Assembly (NCBI GenBank): GCA_037379345.1
Contig: CM074519.1
Coordinates: 24,888,103 to 24,952,102 of the forward strand
DNA length: 64,000 nt
Reading direction: 5' to 3'
DNA from: Perna viridis
Lineage: Eukaryota
Shown here in pieces: positions 13,001 to 27,218 of the stretch. Under the pieces are notes generated by a model that saw only the letters and a program-made list of their open reading frames with translations, searched no databases and was not told the origin of the DNA. Position numbers and translations under genes: made by a program. How positions within the stretch are numbered: position 1 is the stretch's first letter; every line of letters begins with the position of its first letter.

Positions 13001-16000
13001 TAAATAGTTCTTGTTACGATTTTTAAATGTCCCTTACAAACATGCATCATTTTCCCCTCGTGATTTTCCGATGCAATGTTTACTTGTAAACAAATCTGAC
13101 TTTTAAAGTACATGGAATTAACTGTTTCTTATGAATAGTGATTATAATCGAGTTACAAATGATGTTATGTGAACCAAGCCAAATGATCTCCATTACCCTT
13201 GAATGCAATTAAACTAGAGCTAGTCCATTTAAGTACAGGCTGTCCTAACAATCATGCAGATAGAAAAGTTGATACAAAAATAAATTACCAACTAAAATAT
13301 TTAACAATCTATTTTTTAAATAAAATAACAATACTGTTAAAGTACTGTTGTTCGTGGGGTACCAATTTTTGTGGTTTTTGAGGGTAGATCAAACCACAAA
13401 ATTTGGTTAACAACAAATAGTAGATTTCCATTGATGTGTATACTGAAAACCTCAAAACCACAAATTCAAGAATCCATGAACTTCAGTGTTAGAAACTTAA
13501 TTTTTGGTCAACATAGACCCGTCATGATTTTATGAAGACTCCATTGTACATTTCAAAGGAAACTGTGCCAATTTCAACATAGACCTGCTTGATTATACAT
13601 AGATTCGGTCCGTAGGTCTACTGTTAATTTCTTTCAGTGGAACTTGTGTTTCTTCCCTGATCCACAAAAATTCAGGCACTGCCTATGTTGCCTTGGTTCA
13701 TATAGTGTAGTGGTATAGGTAAAGGCAAAAACATGAAGGAATATATCTAGTCAGATCAATATTGTAGTTCGAAAAAAGCATAAAGTTCCATCAAGCACTT
13801 ACGACGTTACATGGTTACAATAAAGCGTGATACATACTGTGCGTCGTCTATGTACTGTGGAGTTCTCAACAGTTCATGGTGTAGAAAAAGCCTTCCAAAG
13901 AAGCCATGTTTTTCAGGTCTATATATGCTATTATTTTTGCATAATAGTAGTCCTTCCTGTATAAATATCTGTGTTTTTGAGAAAACAATACAATAATATC
14001 CTACACAAGACAGCCAAATCAAGAACAGGATTTCTTTTGTAAATTGCTGAATTACACAATCTATAAGATTTCTCACTCAAAAGTGAAATATTGGAAAAAC
14101 AAGCTAAGAATGGGTTATGTTTCTGAATGAAAAATAAAAGTGAATTTTGTGGGTTTTTGGCATACACGAATTACCAGTATGGTTTTAAGACTTGTACATG
14201 AGAAAGTTGACAAACATAGAATTATCACTATCTGCATGATTCCTAGGTAAACCTGTACTAAGATATGATTTAAAATTTCAAAATTTTTAATCCCATTATG
14301 TAAAAGATACACATTTATCTGAACTTGTAGAGTTACACAAAACAAAGGGATTGATTGAGATGACTTAGACCCTAGTTTAAAGAAGCATGTTTTTGAAATA
14401 CTGCCAAGTATAGTCATCTTGTATGACAATGCAGTAAATCTTTTGATTTGCATTTAAGACATGAAATTTCAGTTTGTTCTAAAATTAAATCAAGATTTTG
14501 TGGAATAATTTTACCACATAGAGATTTTAAATTGCTTTTGGTAGAGTTCTATTTACTTATACTTTTCCATATTTCATTCAAGAAAAAAACACATGGCACA
14601 CAATTTCAATTTAAGATACTGTTATTTTGAATGCCACTGAATTATCAGTATTTGCCCCAATCGAGAAACAGAATTGCAATCAGATGACTGTCTCTTAAGT
14701 CAAAGGGCAAAAAGCAAAACTATACCGACTGCATCTGAAAAAAATTACCTGTAAAGTACATTGTTAGGAACACAATTACTACTGCCAAGTAATGTGTATC
14801 AATTACCACAGTTTTGACTGGTAATGGCAGTAACATGCAAAGAATTTTAAATGTGGGGAAAGAATTTTAATCATTTTTTGGTGACCTTCCCAATTATGCC
14901 AATTTTTTACACTTTGGTCTAGGTCAATTTTTGCAACAGTGAATAACCTATTTTTGTAACCTTAAAGCATATTTTACTGTGTACCATTCAGGTCAAACTT
15001 GTTATCGATTTAGTAACAGAACTAATTATTGACTAAACTATTCAATGTAACTTAAGACAATTTACTTCTGAAGGTAAAAAAACATAGTTAGATCTCTAAT
15101 TAAGAAAATTGTTTCCTTAATGGAGTTCATGTTACCCCCACCAAGTTTGAAATTTAAGACATGAAGCTGTGTAATTGTAGGAAGTCAAAACATTTTCTTT
15201 GATAGCATTGGAAAGTTTATTCCTTTTATCTTAGATCAGGACTCAGTATTCTGTTTAGCCCTCAGACTGTTGCTATAATTATAAAGCCCTACCTAATTAA
15301 GTGCCAGAGTCTGATAGAATCAGTTAAAACTAAATACTACTGTTAATGAATCATGCTTAGAAAAAACACATAAATTTGACAATGTGGATACATAGTTATT
15401 GGTCTATTGGAGATGAATTGACAATTCATTTGTCACAGAAGTGTCATAGGATGCTGAAAAGCGAGTTCAAAATTTTAATAGAATGATACAGGAAAAGTCA
15501 GTTATCTCCCTTTCATGATGAAATTACAATGCACTTCATATGATTGCCTCCTAAAGTTACTGACACTTAAAAAAGAAATGAATGCCATTTCTGCATTTCA
15601 AATGACATTTTGAATAATATTTCATGGAAAGAAATATGTGTTTGTTCATCATGATTCACCTGCTGCCTGATTCTTATAGAGAATAACACTTGATAGCTCT
15701 TCAAAACTCCTTTAGACTGGTAAGAAGTTTGCCAGGGTTCAAAGTTGCATTCAAGAAAACAAGGTCATGGACTTTTTCTTAAGTTTGAAATCAATGGTCC
15801 ACTCCAGAAAACTATATCAATGAAAATGTTTGAGCATTGACCAGGTAAAATGAAATTTCAAAGGTCCTAGGTTGCAGAAATTGAGGATCCCAGACATCAG
15901 TCCACTAATTTTTTGGACCCCTGGTTTGCAAAGACCAAGGAAATATGAGTAGCATATTAGTGTCAGACTAATTATGGTGATTCATAGAAGAATATGGTGT

Positions 16001-16213
16001 GGACTGCACGTGTAATTGGATAGAACAATATTTAATGACTGTCCTTAGAATTCAGGGGTGTTAAATAGCCATCATCTAAGTAATGTTTCTGGATTTTCAT
16101 TGTTTGAAACTTTAATTTTAGACCTCAGATTTGTTTGGCATCAGCACAAAATGTATTTGTTTTCATTGTAACATTTTTGTTTTCATGCTTTCTAATCTTG
16201 CCTTGATTTTCAG

Positions 16214-16240
16214 CTGCCAGGAACAGAAAATGGAGACGAG
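16214..16240 (+). CDS. KIF12: Candidate 27-nt cassette microexon (LPGTENGDE) in motor loop L5
   Basis: Long pyrimidine tract + ttttcag|, GAG|gtctgt donor, phase 0/0, purine-rich and stop-free. Confidence 0.5.
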
Positions 16241-19200
16241 GTCTGTTAAAAAGTTGCCTCCCTTTAATTCCAACTTCCTGTTTTCATTTTGATTTTTCCT
16301 TATGGTAATGGTAAAATTCTGATGAAATTGTTTCATTTTGGAAAGTATAATTATATGTTCTGTAAATATATTTTTATCGGAAATAATACGTAGTTTGGTA
16401 AATTTTTAAATTGAGTATTTCTTTTTTTTTTTAATTGTTAAGTTTTACAGTTATCAGTTTCCATTTTCTTTCACTATTTTGCTTTGAAACTTTGGCACCA
16501 GTCTTGTCATTTTAATTTTGTTTTGATATTTTTTGCTTTGCTTTTCTTGTTGGCTTAAATACTTATATCACAAAGCAATCTGTTTTTCATTTTCTGATGA
16601 ATTTCACTCACAACATAGAGTATACCTGCAAAATTTCATTAGAATATGTTTGTCACTCATTAACTCATTAACATGATTTTTACTCACTAGCACTTTCTAA
16701 CATGGTTTGGCCTATACTTATCACATGTAATGTTTCACACATGTCATAGCCTGGTACCATTCTCAGAAGAGTTTCAATTTGAAAGGGTAAAGAAATGTTT
16801 AAATGCATCTAAAATACACCCGAATATCTGAATGGCTTTTACACACTTGTTAACCAGTTTTTGAAAATACCATGTGAACTCATTTTATAGTAACTATACA
16901 CAAATAATTACAAATTATACCCTACTCTGAAGGCCACAGCTGCTTGATATTTTGACACAAGCTTTACATAGATGTGCCTGTTATCATGGATTTTGAATTC
17001 AGGCTTGGATGACTTTGTTTATATTTTGACCGTACACTAAAATTGGTGTACTGAGGTATCACTATTGGGCATTGGATTACACATTTCTTGTTCTAAAAAA
17101 ATGTTATTTGAATTTTCAGTTCAAATGAATGAATAAAGTTTGAATATTTATTTTTCTACGAAAAAAATGTAATTGTACAAACTTTCCAGTAAATATGTTT
17201 TTGGTTAACTTTTCTAATGTGGATGTTTGTGGTGCACAAAGTACTAGAGCCAAGAGTAAAATTATATTAATTTTGACATTTTTTGACAAACTGTTAATAT
17301 TCGCCAAAATTAGCACCCTGTGAAAACTACACGCTATAAGGAACCATAATCTTGTATAACTAGTCACCTTAAATTGTCCCTAAATATATAAACTTCAATG
17401 GGTTTTAAGCCTCAGAAACTACTCCGGCCTTATCCAAACAAATCTCCAGTCCTTAAGAGCATCTCTTTTGGTAGGTTTCAGTACTTTCTGTTGTTTTAGG
17501 AAAAAAACTTGTACTTTATGGATTCTTGAATTTTTTGATTACACAGCTCCTATTCTCACAAATGAAAGATAAATTTCCTTGTGATTGGGAACCAAATTTC
17601 ATGGTTTGCTTAATCCATGGACTACAACTAATTTTCGTGGTTGCTAATTTTCATGGATTCTGTTAAATGAACATATTCGTGGGTATCGATTTTTGCGGTA
17701 TGAAGAAATAGTAAGCGATATATAGGATTAACAAATCCATTTCACAAATAGTATTTTTCACGGTTTTCTGTGCGAAAATTATTACACTGTGAAAATTAAT
17801 ACGTTTACAGTATCTGATTTTTACAAAGCATACTTGACTTGTGAAAAAATGATCCTCACATTGGGAAAGGATTTTGGGACATAGTGTTTCATTATTTTCA
17901 ATGACTCCTGAAATTTTGTAAAAGGGCAAAATTGTTTTTACATTTCCCATTTTTTTACAGGAAATTAAATAATGGTCCATTGATTTGCAAAATGGGCATC
18001 CCTTATCTTGATCAATGGAACATTTTGCCCATTGTATTTTTTTTATGTTCAGCCATGTAAATAGACTATGAAAATGAATTGTTTCATGGAGATTAATGTA
18101 ACAGTCTGTTCTTCTACCCTTATGAAAAAGTAATCCCTCCATATGTTTTTAGGAAAAAATATTTGCCTCTTAAACTTGAGATGAAGACATAACTCAATTT
18201 TTTGGGAGAATTTTTTTCATTGATCTAAATCAAAGTTGCTATTGTAAATAGCTTACATTGGATTGTAAAATTACTGTTCATAACACTACCATTCTACCTA
18301 CAGTACACAATTGGTATTGGCATGTTAGTACCAGTAGATAATTCCATAAATCAAATTGTTTTGACACCAGTCATTGTAATTATTGTTGCTAAGATAATTT
18401 ACCAGTTCCTTCATAACAACATCATGTCTACAGGCTATTTTACCATATCACAAGATTAGGAATGAATATTTTATGAACCAAGGATCATTACACGATACTG
18501 CAGAGAATCTGTGATTCAGTGAAGATGTTATAGCCTTAAGTTCAGAAATGTTTATTGATATCAAATATTGTTGTCTTTTACTGGGATTCTTGTTTCAATA
18601 TATTTTGCTGTTTCATGTTTTGATTCTGTTGATCAGTTATCTCCCTTTGGTCTAAAAAGTTTATTTTTTCTTTACTGGGTCCCTAAGGCATTCTTTTTCA
18701 TAACTAGTATGTTACTTTAGAACCTTGATTTACTCATTCATGTTGACTGTATGTCTAGTTGTCAACAAAACTATACACACAAATGGGCCATGAAAGTCAG
18801 GCGATAAACCGGCATACATAGAGAAATATGTAACACTATCAAATATATTTCAGTTTGAATAAATGTTAATTTAGAAATAATTATTGCATGATGTTTTATT
18901 GTGATTTTTTTTATTTAAAAACAAAATGTGATAGAAGCTTGGCCATGTTTGAAGAAGCCGCCATTTTTGTATAGTGCAAATGTTTATGATGTTCGTTTAA
19001 TTATTGTGATGACTAGTCTGTAATAATATGGGCAAACATAGAAAGATTAGCATTAATGTACAATACTTTATTTATTGGCAGAAAACAAAGTGAATTGTGA
19101 ATTGCCCAAATCTGTAGTATTGACTTAAGTGATCAGTAGTATTAATGGAATATGACCCAGGCAAACTACCCTTGGAAATTACATTGAGATCATAAAAGTT

Positions 19201-19387
19201 ACCATTTTAATTTCTGAAAGTTTTTCACTTAAATTTTGCTTATATTCAAACTAATAACTAGCCTGTCTGGAATTTCTGCTTTTTGGTACTATCTTAATTG
19301 GAGTGAAGGATACTGACCAGGAACATATCAATTAAAAATGTGTATTGACTTTACTCAAACAATTATAAATTTTCTTTCTATTTACAG

Positions 19388-19525
19388 TTCGAAGGAGGTA
19401 AACAACCAGACTATGAGATGCAAGGGGTCATTCAAAGGTCGTTCCGATACCTTGTTCAACAATTAGGTCAAGTTTCCGGAAACAAGACAATTAAAGCATC
19501 GTACTTGGAAATATACAATGAACAG
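19388..19525 (+). CDS. KIF12: KIF12 exon 6 (FEGGKQPDYEMQGVIQRSFRYLVQQLGQVSGNKTIKASYLEIYNEQ)
   Basis: ttacag| ... CAG|gtaat. SYLEIYNE motif. Confidence 0.95.
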
Positions 19526-20585
19526 GTAATGCTTTCAACAGGAGATGTAAAATAAGTACAGATGCACTAAAATATGGTTAAATGATACCATCTGTGTCCC
19601 ATCTTGCTCTGCTACATTATTGACAATTCAGGAATAATGCTAGAAAGAAAAGTGGCAATTATTTGGTTTTGGCAGATATGTAGTGCATTACTGCACTGAA
19701 ATTCACTTCGTGTTGGTCTCAAATAGTGGATTTTCTGTATTTTTTTTTAACAGCACCCCTATAAAAGGCAATTGTTTATATCAGCATTTTGTCAAATTAT
19801 ATTTACATTGAACTTGACTAAGTTTTATATACATTGTCATTATTTCTCATTTATCCCTGTAAATAACTCTTTATATTAGCTTAAGTTCATTAGGTCATCA
19901 CAAAAATACTTTCAGTATACCGGTTACCCCCCAGTGAAGGTACTTGACTTACTAAGCTATACATAGTCTATTTATGTACTCAATTTTTTTATACCAAGCC
20001 ACATCAAATTGAAAGGTTTTATATGATATCCTACAAAAAGTTTATTGTCTGTCCATTTATCTGTACGTCCTCCAATGGTTTCCAGGTGATAACTTAAAAA
20101 TGAATCTATGAATTTTTTAAAAGTTGTTAAGTACCGTAAAATACAGGTTAAGTTTCATTTTTAGCAAAATCAAAAATGCAGTTTTTGAGATAGGCCATTT
20201 TGAAATTTTGAACATTTTGCCATCCCCCTTTTACACCATTACCTGGCGGGGTATCACATAATGTTTCATTAATGCCCTAGTTTTTGGTAGTTGGGAACTT
20301 TTTCTTCTTGAAAAATATGACTGGCATATTGAGTTAAGTGCCCATAAACTTGTATGATGTTAAGAACATGTTTTTGTTCCCATAACAACATCACTGAAAA
20401 CAATGTCACAAGCTTATCGTGTTTAAACTTCGTTTTCATCATTCAGTTGGGGAAAGTGTAAATGCCATAGCATGCATTATGTAGGGGAGATAAGTGTTAA
20501 AATTGCAATAGGAAGTATTTTAACATTTAACTATAGATATTTCTTTTGTTCTACACCATTTTCAAAAACTAATTTCACAATTTAA

Positions 20586-20799
20586 GGAGGTAGACCTAGG
20601 GTAAGGAACATAACTCTTGAAATCAGTGATATGTTTGTGTCATATACAATTTCACGATAACCTATCAAGCTTTTATTTGAAAAAGAATGAAATTAGTACA
20701 AGTTACTTTGATGTTTACATGAGATTGATGTTAAATGCTGCTGAATACAAACGTTCCAATGATTTTTAAGAGTTGTGTCCCTCACTTAGGTCTGCCTCC
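20586..20799 (+). mobile_element. About 212-bp MITE, TTAA-flanked (Kolobok-like), copy 1
   Basis: Imperfect TIRs GGAGGTAGACCTAGGGTAAGGAACATAACTCTT / AAGAGTTGTGTCCCTCACTTAGGTCTGCCTCC, with TTAA on both sides. Confidence 0.85.
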
Positions 20800-21740
20800 T
20801 TAAAGCAGGTTCCTTTTCTGGTAAAACAAAAAAGAATCATGAATATGATAATATAAACCTGCCACATTTTTTTCTTATCTTGGTTATGTATTGATCTCGT
20901 TTGAAGAATGTTTTTCATTATGATGGGACAAGTTCTGCTATCACCATTTTTATGAGAAATTTCACGATAAGGAAAGGATTGTTCACACTTGAAAGGATTT
21001 TTATAATGAAATATGACTGTTTATAGCATCAATTGATGATGTTTTTCTGATACTGGTATTTCATTTCTTTAATTTATATGATTTGATCTATACAATAACT
21101 CCAGTGCTGCTAGGAGATGGGTAGATCTTGGTGATGAAGGGTAATGGCAAGTGTGATCAATCATAAACTAAGGAAATTGTTTCAGACTCCACAGACCAGG
21201 TTTGGGAGTTTTTCTTACCATATAGTGTATTTCTGTTTTTGCTGAACTCTGAAATATCGTCTCTTTGTCAGTTCTGAAATTCTGTCAAGCCATGATGTGC
21301 AATGAAGTGAAATGAAAAAAGACCTCCCCCTTTTTTGTTAATAATTTGGTAATTGTTAATTTTATGCAAACGAACACCTTGTCTTCACTGAGGCAAAGTC
21401 TTTATGCATGGCAAATACATACTTTTTGCTAGGAAATTCTTTTGTCATATGCCAAGCCATATCTAATGAAGCCAGGTATTGAATTTAATAAACTAGCTAA
21501 AGTTAGCAAGTACTGATAATTTACACTCACTAAATCTTAGTTTCTTGGGTTATTTCTTAACTGAAATTATGATGCAAATACAATTCCACAAGCAAATTTT
21601 AGTAAGTGGAAATAATTTCTGCTAACAAAATTGAATTTTAACTTGTATTTAGCAAGTATTTCCCTTTAAATTTGATCCCTGGAAGCATGCACTGCCCATC
21701 AACTACCCTAAATATAAATGATTTATTATTCTCATTGCAT

Positions 21741-22040
21741 TTTTATACCCCCTCTATCCTAAGAGGCAAGGTATTATATGATACCCTCCAAAAAGTTGGT
21801 TGCTGTTTGATCCGTCTGTCAGTCTGTCCGTCCACTGACGGTTTCCAGATAACTTAAATACAAATTGAAGGATTTTTTCAAACTTTGGATAGTTACTATT
21901 ATTGAGTATCATAAAATACAAATCATATTGAATTAATTTCAATTTGATTGGCTTATTTACACAGAAGGTATGGCCATTTTAATTTGGTTTTTTTACCCCA
22001 AAAATTTGTTACAATGTGGCTGGGTATCATTTAATGTCCC
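21741..22040 (+). mobile_element. Helentron/DINE-1-like non-autonomous element
   Basis: ttttataccccc start, (CTGT/CCGT)n tract, ending ...gggtatca...ctaatttt. Similar copy at about 19988-20283; related ends near 37510, 54880, 57450 (-) and 63640 (-). Confidence 0.55.
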
Positions 22041-22907
22041 ATTAGATTCCCTAATTTTGAAGTGTATTAATAAGGCAAAATTACAAGAAATTTTATCTGG
22101 AGGTAGAATTAGGTTATATCTATCTTAAATCAAAACAAACAGTTAATCTATGAATTTTTTGACTTAAAAATAATGTTTAAAGACCTCTTATATCTGCAAA
22201 TAGGTCCTTTAAAATCTGATATTGATAGAATTAATGGAAAAATGAGACAGACATGTTAGTAAAACCTTTGTTACCGAGTATAAAAATTTGTGCAAACATT
22301 GTCTCAATTTCTTAAGCAAATAAAACTGACAAGTTTTTTATCTTGTTCCGTCAACAAGGAAGGCCGTCAAGTGTCGATTTGAAATAAAATCTCTGATTGC
22401 AAAACCTTGTAAAGTTTCATCTTGAGATTGACATGATTATAATAAAATACAATGGTTATCTAAATTTATATGATCTTTCTGTCGTAAATTCTTTGGGTTG
22501 ATATTACCACTTATTATTTACCTGTCCTTTTCGGATTTTTCAAAATGGTTCAAGTCTTTTTACGATTGTTTGTGTATGGATTATGGATATCTTTATGTGG
22601 GGGTAGAGCACAGTAAGAAGGACTTAGGCAGGCTATCATCAGAGCAAGTAGATTGGTCTTTTTTAATACACCAAGGGCAAATCAGTGCAATAAATATTTC
22701 AACGTCTTGGGTTGTTTCAATTGATTTATACTGTTCCAGGTTTTAGTAGTTTCCTGTTTAAAATGTTATATCTTAGATTATTGTATGAGGTTTCTTGATG
22801 GTCCCATTTGCTTTTGTTGCTTTATATGTATGATTTTAGTTACTTCATGTTATTTGTTGTGTATGTCTGTTTTCCATGTGTGATCTTTGTCCCTGGATTA
22901 CATTCTT

Positions 22908-23478
22908 TTGATTACCACTATAACCTTGGTTTCCTTGATTACTCTTTGATTATTGCTATTAACTTGGTTCCCTTGATTACTCTTTGATTACCACTATAAC
23001 CTTGGTTGCCTTGATTACTCATTGATTACCACTATAGCCTTGGTTCCCTTGATTAGTCTTTGATTATTGCTATAACCTTGGTTCCCTTGATTACTCTTTG
23101 ATTACCACTATAACCTTGGTTCCCTTGATTACTCTTTGATTACCACTATAACCCTGGTTACTTTGATTACTCATAGATTTTCACTATAACCTTGGTTCCC
23201 TTGGTTACTCTTTGATTACCACTATAACCTTGGTTCCCTTGATTACTCTTTGATTATTGCTATTAACTTGGTTCCCTTGATTACTCTTTGATTACCACTA
23301 TAGCCTTGGTTCCCTTGATTACTTTTTGATTACCACTATAACCTTGGTTCCCTTGATTACTCTTTGATTACAACTATAACCCTGGTTACTTTGATTACTC
23401 ATAGATTTTCACTATAACCTTGGTTCCCTTGATTACTCTTTGATTAGCACTATAACCTTGGTTCCCTTGGTTACTCTT
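22908..23478. repeat. 38-bp minisatellite, 15 copies
   Basis: Unit ttgattaccactataaccttggttcccttgattactct, head to tail with no spacers. Confidence 0.95.
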
Positions 23479-23991
23479 CTGCTGATTTTATTAATTTTTA
23501 TTTGTTCACTTACTTCATAAAAGGTTAAGGACATGCATTAGTTGAATAGTAGACTGTACTCATGTTGATCTATTAGTAGCATTAGTAGATTTCTGAGTCC
23601 TGCTAAAAATTTGTGAAAAAAAAATGTTTCATTTTGTATGAAGCAAAGTTGAATTTTCAGAATATGGTACACTTATTGTTTACAAAAAAAATGAAAAAAA
23701 TTATATCAATGAATATTTTTATTTGACTGAATCGTTAAAAAAATGCAAATGTAAACAACTATTTGTCGAAAAAGGAACCCATCCATTTAACTATGATCTG
23801 CCTATATCACTTATTTTTGGGTGTATTTATTTTCAAGAATTTCACCATGATATATATATGTACTTCAGGTTATGTATATTAAGTGTTTAGAATATGTTTA
23901 CCTGCAGAAACGTTTAAAAATTACTACTACTGGCAAGAAAAATACAATAACAACTTATGGCTGTCAATCAATTCTTTTTTTTATTTTTTAG

Positions 23992-24127
23992 GTGATAGAT
24001 CTGCTGAACACAAACCACAGACGATATTTAAATGTAAGATGGTCCAAGCACAAAGGATTCTACGTAGAAAATTTGTTTGTTGTAGAATGTGAAACTGTAG
24101 ATGATCTAATGGCTGTACTAGAAGAAG
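23992..24127 (+). CDS. KIF12: KIF12 exon 7 (VIDLLNTNHRRYLNVRWSKHKGFYVENLFVVECETVDDLMAVLEEG)
   Basis: ttttag| ... G|gtgagt, phase 1. DLL and KIF12-type VRW..KGFYVE.L. Confidence 0.95.
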
Positions 24128-27100
24128 GTGAGTTGTAAAAGTCAATTCCCTTAATGAAAGTTTGCAATATGCTGTGGAAATTATTAATTCTAACATTTTA
24201 TTGTAGGGGAGACAACTCATATTATTTCGAAGATATTTTTTTTAGTTTTGTCTGTTGGTCTTTATAGAATTGACTCTTGACTTCATTGTACATATACATG
24301 TATTTAATAGCCTTTTAGAAAAAAAGACTTTATGAAATCTTTGTATATGTAGTTATGAGGATGATTTTGCATTTGAATAGAAAAAAACTATTCATTTCTG
24401 CTGTTGCAATGTGTCTAAAATAATATTAGGCTTTTAGAGGCTTTATTTTGTTCCGTGGATAGTATATTATAATGTTAAGCTTTGTTGAAGTCCAGGAAAA
24501 TGTGGGAGAATACATATTTACTAATTACCTGACCCTCCTTGGAAAAAAAAACCATGTCATTTTGACTGTTAAATACATGTACATACTAAATTTTACTTAA
24601 AGACAATGCTACATATTACATGTAGATTAATTTTAGATCTAGTAAATAATCTGCAGATTTATAGAAAAATTTAGTTGATCATTCATAAATGCCTTAGACT
24701 TAAAATTCATTCTAATCAATATATTGATTTCTAAATAGAAAACACAATGCTAAGGGAGGTAACTCAGTATTGATTTAGGATTGAAAATGCTCAGGGAACT
24801 CAATAGACACAGTTGGTGACCAAGTCACAACCTAGCAAATTACTCTCTCGACCAGATGATGTCAGCTACATTGAAATTCGTTCAAATTTTCTCATGAATA
24901 ATTGACATCGGATGGATAATCTGTCTTTATGAAAATAATAAATTGTCATAGACCTTAGAGCTATTTACTTTATATTGCATAGTTTTGAACCAGTGTGGGA
25001 TCAGATTTGAGATATTCAGGTTATTAGACTAAAATATTTAAAAAGTGACCCATAATTTAATAGGTGATGGTCAAATTAGGGTTTATTTTTGGAGATATGA
25101 CTAATCAAAATTATGCCATAGATGTAATATCTGTGTAGTATAGATATTTCGTCTTATTTTCAAATTTTGTCAATAATCTCAATCTGTCAAATTTCATGAT
25201 GTATCGATCATGATTTACTTGTAATTAAATGTAATTGGTCCCACATTAAAAAAATAAAACTTTCCATTGTTTTCCAAGTGTATAAATTAAGAATAATAAC
25301 TAAATTACTGAACTGATCAACTCTAGGTAATATTCATAAGGGTTAGTCTAAAAGGGAAGTCTAAATATATGGCAATCTCATGGTAAAAACTGGAAAGATG
25401 GAAACCACTGTAATGGTCCTGATGTGGTGCAGATGTTTTCGATAGTCATAACAGAAATGGTGGGTTAAACCAGGTTTTATAGCCCACTAAAACTCAGCTT
25501 CCATCTGAGTTAATTAATTGTCTGGATCTTTTATATTTTCAATATTTTTATGGAATCAACTCTTGACTGCATTTTACAATACATGTAGTAGTTTTTTTTT
25601 AGCAAAATCTTTAAATTTCTAAAAATAATTTTTTTTTTTAAATCTTAGAAAGCAGGGTGTGTGTAAAAAATACCTGAGAAATCCAGCTTTATTCCTGCTA
25701 CTTTTATAATTTAAAAATCCATACTCTTAGAATTTACCAAGCCCTGTTTAGAAAACTTAAATCATTAAGCTGTAGTGAAATTTTATAAGAAAATATTGTA
25801 CAAGTCGTACCAGTTAAGTTCTAGAGTTATTGCCCTTGAAATTACTTTGTTTAATGAAAAGTGCATACAAACAATGCAGTTTAACCTACATTGATATTTA
25901 TTTTTGACATTCCGCCAGGTTTTGCCTTTTTTGTTTGTTTGGTTTTTTTTTAGAGTTATAAAAGTGGGAATTTTTTTGTTTGAATTTTGTAGAGGCCACT
26001 TTTTCAGAAAAAGGAAAGTTTGGCATTTAGACTATAAAAATATATTGATTATCAGGTTTCATTGACCCTTCCATATTTTATTCCAAATCATTGAATGCAA
26101 TAAAAAACTTTTGTGTAGTCAGTATTTATTGATTTTCGGTCTTTTGGTAATAAATTAATGGTATTTATGGAATCAGATACTTAATACTCTAGAGATGGCT
26201 TAATCTTTTGTCTATATTCCACTGGTAGTAGATCAATTAATCTATAATTAATTTTTGGAATTTGATTAAAAAAAACAACATGTAATTATATTACTTTATA
26301 ATTCAAGGCAGTTGGTCCTGCATGTCTTATATGTAATCTCATTATTAAATTTTGAGATAAGTGCAAATAATATCACATTAGATTATTTTATTTCGTATTT
26401 CATGGTATGTTGAGTTGCATTTCTATTATGGAATTGAAACACATTATCTTATTCCTGGTATTTAATTGAAAAGAGTTTTAAAAAAAGAGATCTTATGTAA
26501 ATAATTGAAAGTCTTTCAGAGCCATTTAACTATTTAAAAGTAAATCCTAGACAAAAGAAATTTCAAAATGACAACTTTAGAGAGATTTAAATTTCTATGG
26601 AAGGAATTATAGGTGATCACATATATTTACATACATATAACAAACTTAGCCTATCTCCAATTGTTTTGTAAATTTTGAAATTTAACACTGTGATCTAGAA
26701 ATATTATTGTTACCATTTGAGTAGTAAAGAACTTACAAGCAAGGTGTTTTTAAAATGGAACAGGAATTCTACTTGTATTAAATGAAGGAATGGCTTAAAA
26801 AGGAGAAATGTTTACTAGTAACGACCGTAACAATTGCATGGATTTATTTATTCAGTTTATTTGGATTTGGTTCTGATTTGGGACCTATTGTTGCCACTTA
26901 TAAGCCTGGTGTAATGGATCTAACTATTCTTGTTATTGAATAGGAATTATTATAGAATTAATATTGAATCTAGATATAAAGAGAAAATCTTGGTGTTGTT
27001 CATTTTATGTCTCATATAATTGAAAAAAAGATAATAACGATAAATGTTTGAACAGGGTCAATGAGAAATCTTTGGAATTTTGTTTTATTGTGTCTTTATA

Positions 27101-27218
27101 TCTTGATAGATGTTGATAAATAAGACTATGTGATCAGTTACACTGCCATCGGGTAGAAACGTCAATATATTCTATATCACCTGCTATTTAAAGTCCCAGG
27201 TAAACATCAAATATAGCA

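Noticed and set aside
17398-17470. Short ORF MGFKPQKLLRPYPNKSPVLKSISF with a G|gtaggt donor as another alternative first exon
   Set aside because: The phase-1 donor does not fit the next exon (phase 0) and would need to skip exons 6 and 7 to reach exon 8. No other support.
17663-18142. 159-aa minus-strand ORF
   Set aside because: F/I/K/C-rich composition typical of AT-rich non-coding DNA; it overlaps a decayed repeat and shows no domain.
22908-23478. CRISPR-like array of about 38-bp repeats
   Set aside because: Units are contiguous with no unique spacers, there are no cas genes, and the context is a eukaryotic intron. It is a minisatellite.
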